DNA of 32,000 nt from Hyperthermus butylicus DSM 5456 (GTDB lineage: Archaea > Thermoproteota > Thermoprotei_A > Sulfolobales > Pyrodictiaceae), in the NCBI RefSeq assembly GCF_000015145.1, contig NC_008818.1, positions 510,001 to 542,000 of the forward strand, given 5' to 3'. Numbering within the stretch: position 1 is the first letter of the stretch; each line of letters starts with the position of its first letter. The position numbers and the translations under genes were made by a program. Below are positions 31,521 through 32,000 of this stretch, piece after piece. Below the pieces are notes generated by a model. It ran no database searches. It was not told the origin of the DNA and was given only the letters and a program-made list of their open reading frames with translations.

Positions 31521-32000
31521 ATGCCGCGGAAGGGCAGGGGCGAGCACGAGCCTGTAGTTGCGAGGCTTGAGGTTGCAGGTAAGCGTTTCGAGGTTCTCGT
31601 AAACCCGGACCTTGCTTTTGAGTATAAGCAAGGGAAGCAGGTTAGCCTTGAGGACATGGTTATTAGCGACGCTGTCTACACTGATCTGCGTCGAGGCTTG
31701 AGAGCATCACCTGAACTCCTACGCAAGGTTTTCGGCACTGATGACGTGGTAAAGATTGCGGCTGAGATTGTACGTCGTGGAGAACTACAGCTCACTGCCG
31801 AGCAGAGGAGGAGGCTGATAGAGGCAAAGAAGAAACAGATTATAAGCTACATAGCCCGCAACGCCATAGACCCGAAGACCAAGCTTCCAATTCCACCCGC
31901 TAGGATAGAGGCTGCTATGGAACAGGCGGGCGTAGGTGTAGACCCGTTTAAGAGTGTAGAGGAGCAAGCCCAGCTCATAGTCAAGGCTATAAGCAGGATT
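31521..32000 (+). CDS. SBDS-family ribosome maturation protein (partial, runs off the right edge)
   Basis: Open frame from ATG 31521 to the window end: [29 protein letters not shown]...[28 protein letters not shown]. It is absent from the ORF track because there is no stop in the window. Confidence 0.88.
   Translation, partial: MPRKGRGEHEPVVARLEVAGKRFEVLVNPDLAFEYKQGKQVSLEDMVISDAVYTDLRRGLRASPELLRKVFGTDDVVKIAAEIVRRGELQLTAEQRRRLIEAKKKQIISYIARNAIDPKTKLPIPPARIEAAMEQAGVGVDPFKSVEEQAQLIVKAISRI

Noticed and set aside
1-32000. CRISPR arrays, rRNA genes, transposases/integrases
   Set aside because: No regularly spaced direct repeats, no rRNA-like conserved blocks, and no ORF with integrase or transposase motifs were seen anywhere in the window.

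Overview
This is a 32-kb stretch of an archaeal chromosome. Gene content and style point to a hyperthermophilic crenarchaeote of Desulfurococcales type; I cannot name the species from sequence alone. Most of it is conserved core genome on the + strand. In order: two tRNAs (Gly-UCC on the minus strand, Phe-GAA), both with encoded CCA; the S13-S4-S11-RpoD-L18e-L13-S9-RpoN-S2 block; a MEMO-like gene; an isoprenoid block (GHMP-kinase-like ORF, isopentenyl phosphate kinase, type-2 IPP isomerase, GGPP synthase); an unassigned 170-aa ORF; GluRS. The L7Ae / S28e / L24e / NDK array follows, interrupted by three minus-strand genes (two DMT permeases and an unassigned Zn-ribbon protein). Then come an Obg-type GTPase, a SAM methyltransferase carrying an in-frame TAG, and L15e. 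An RNA-binding protein-Rpp30-Pop5 string runs through overlapping stop/start codons into a riboflavin cluster: ArfC-type reductase, RibB, archaeal RibC, RibH, an amidohydrolase-class deaminase, and a convergent ArfB-type creatininase-fold gene. The window ends with a vapBC module, ThiF/MoeB-type E1 plus ThiI, a wHTH-Hjc-like ORF, proteasome alpha and SBDS (partial). No CRISPR array, rRNA or clear mobile element is present. The most interesting items: (1) the deaminase-class amidohydrolase inside the riboflavin cluster, a candidate for the unassigned archaeal pyrimidine deaminase step; (2) a ~240-nt GC-rich, hairpin-dense, ORF-free segment upstream of psmA that I cannot assign to a known RNA family; (3) a GHMP-kinase-fold ORF with degenerate phosphate-binding motifs in the mevalonate-kinase slot; (4) three C/D-box sRNA candidates sharing one architecture, plus a K-loop in the L7Ae leader; (5) a vapC toxin broken by two +1 insertions with all catalytic residues still encoded; (6) Pop5 with an N-terminal TM/coiled-coil extension. 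All functional calls come from reading motifs by eye; no database search was possible.
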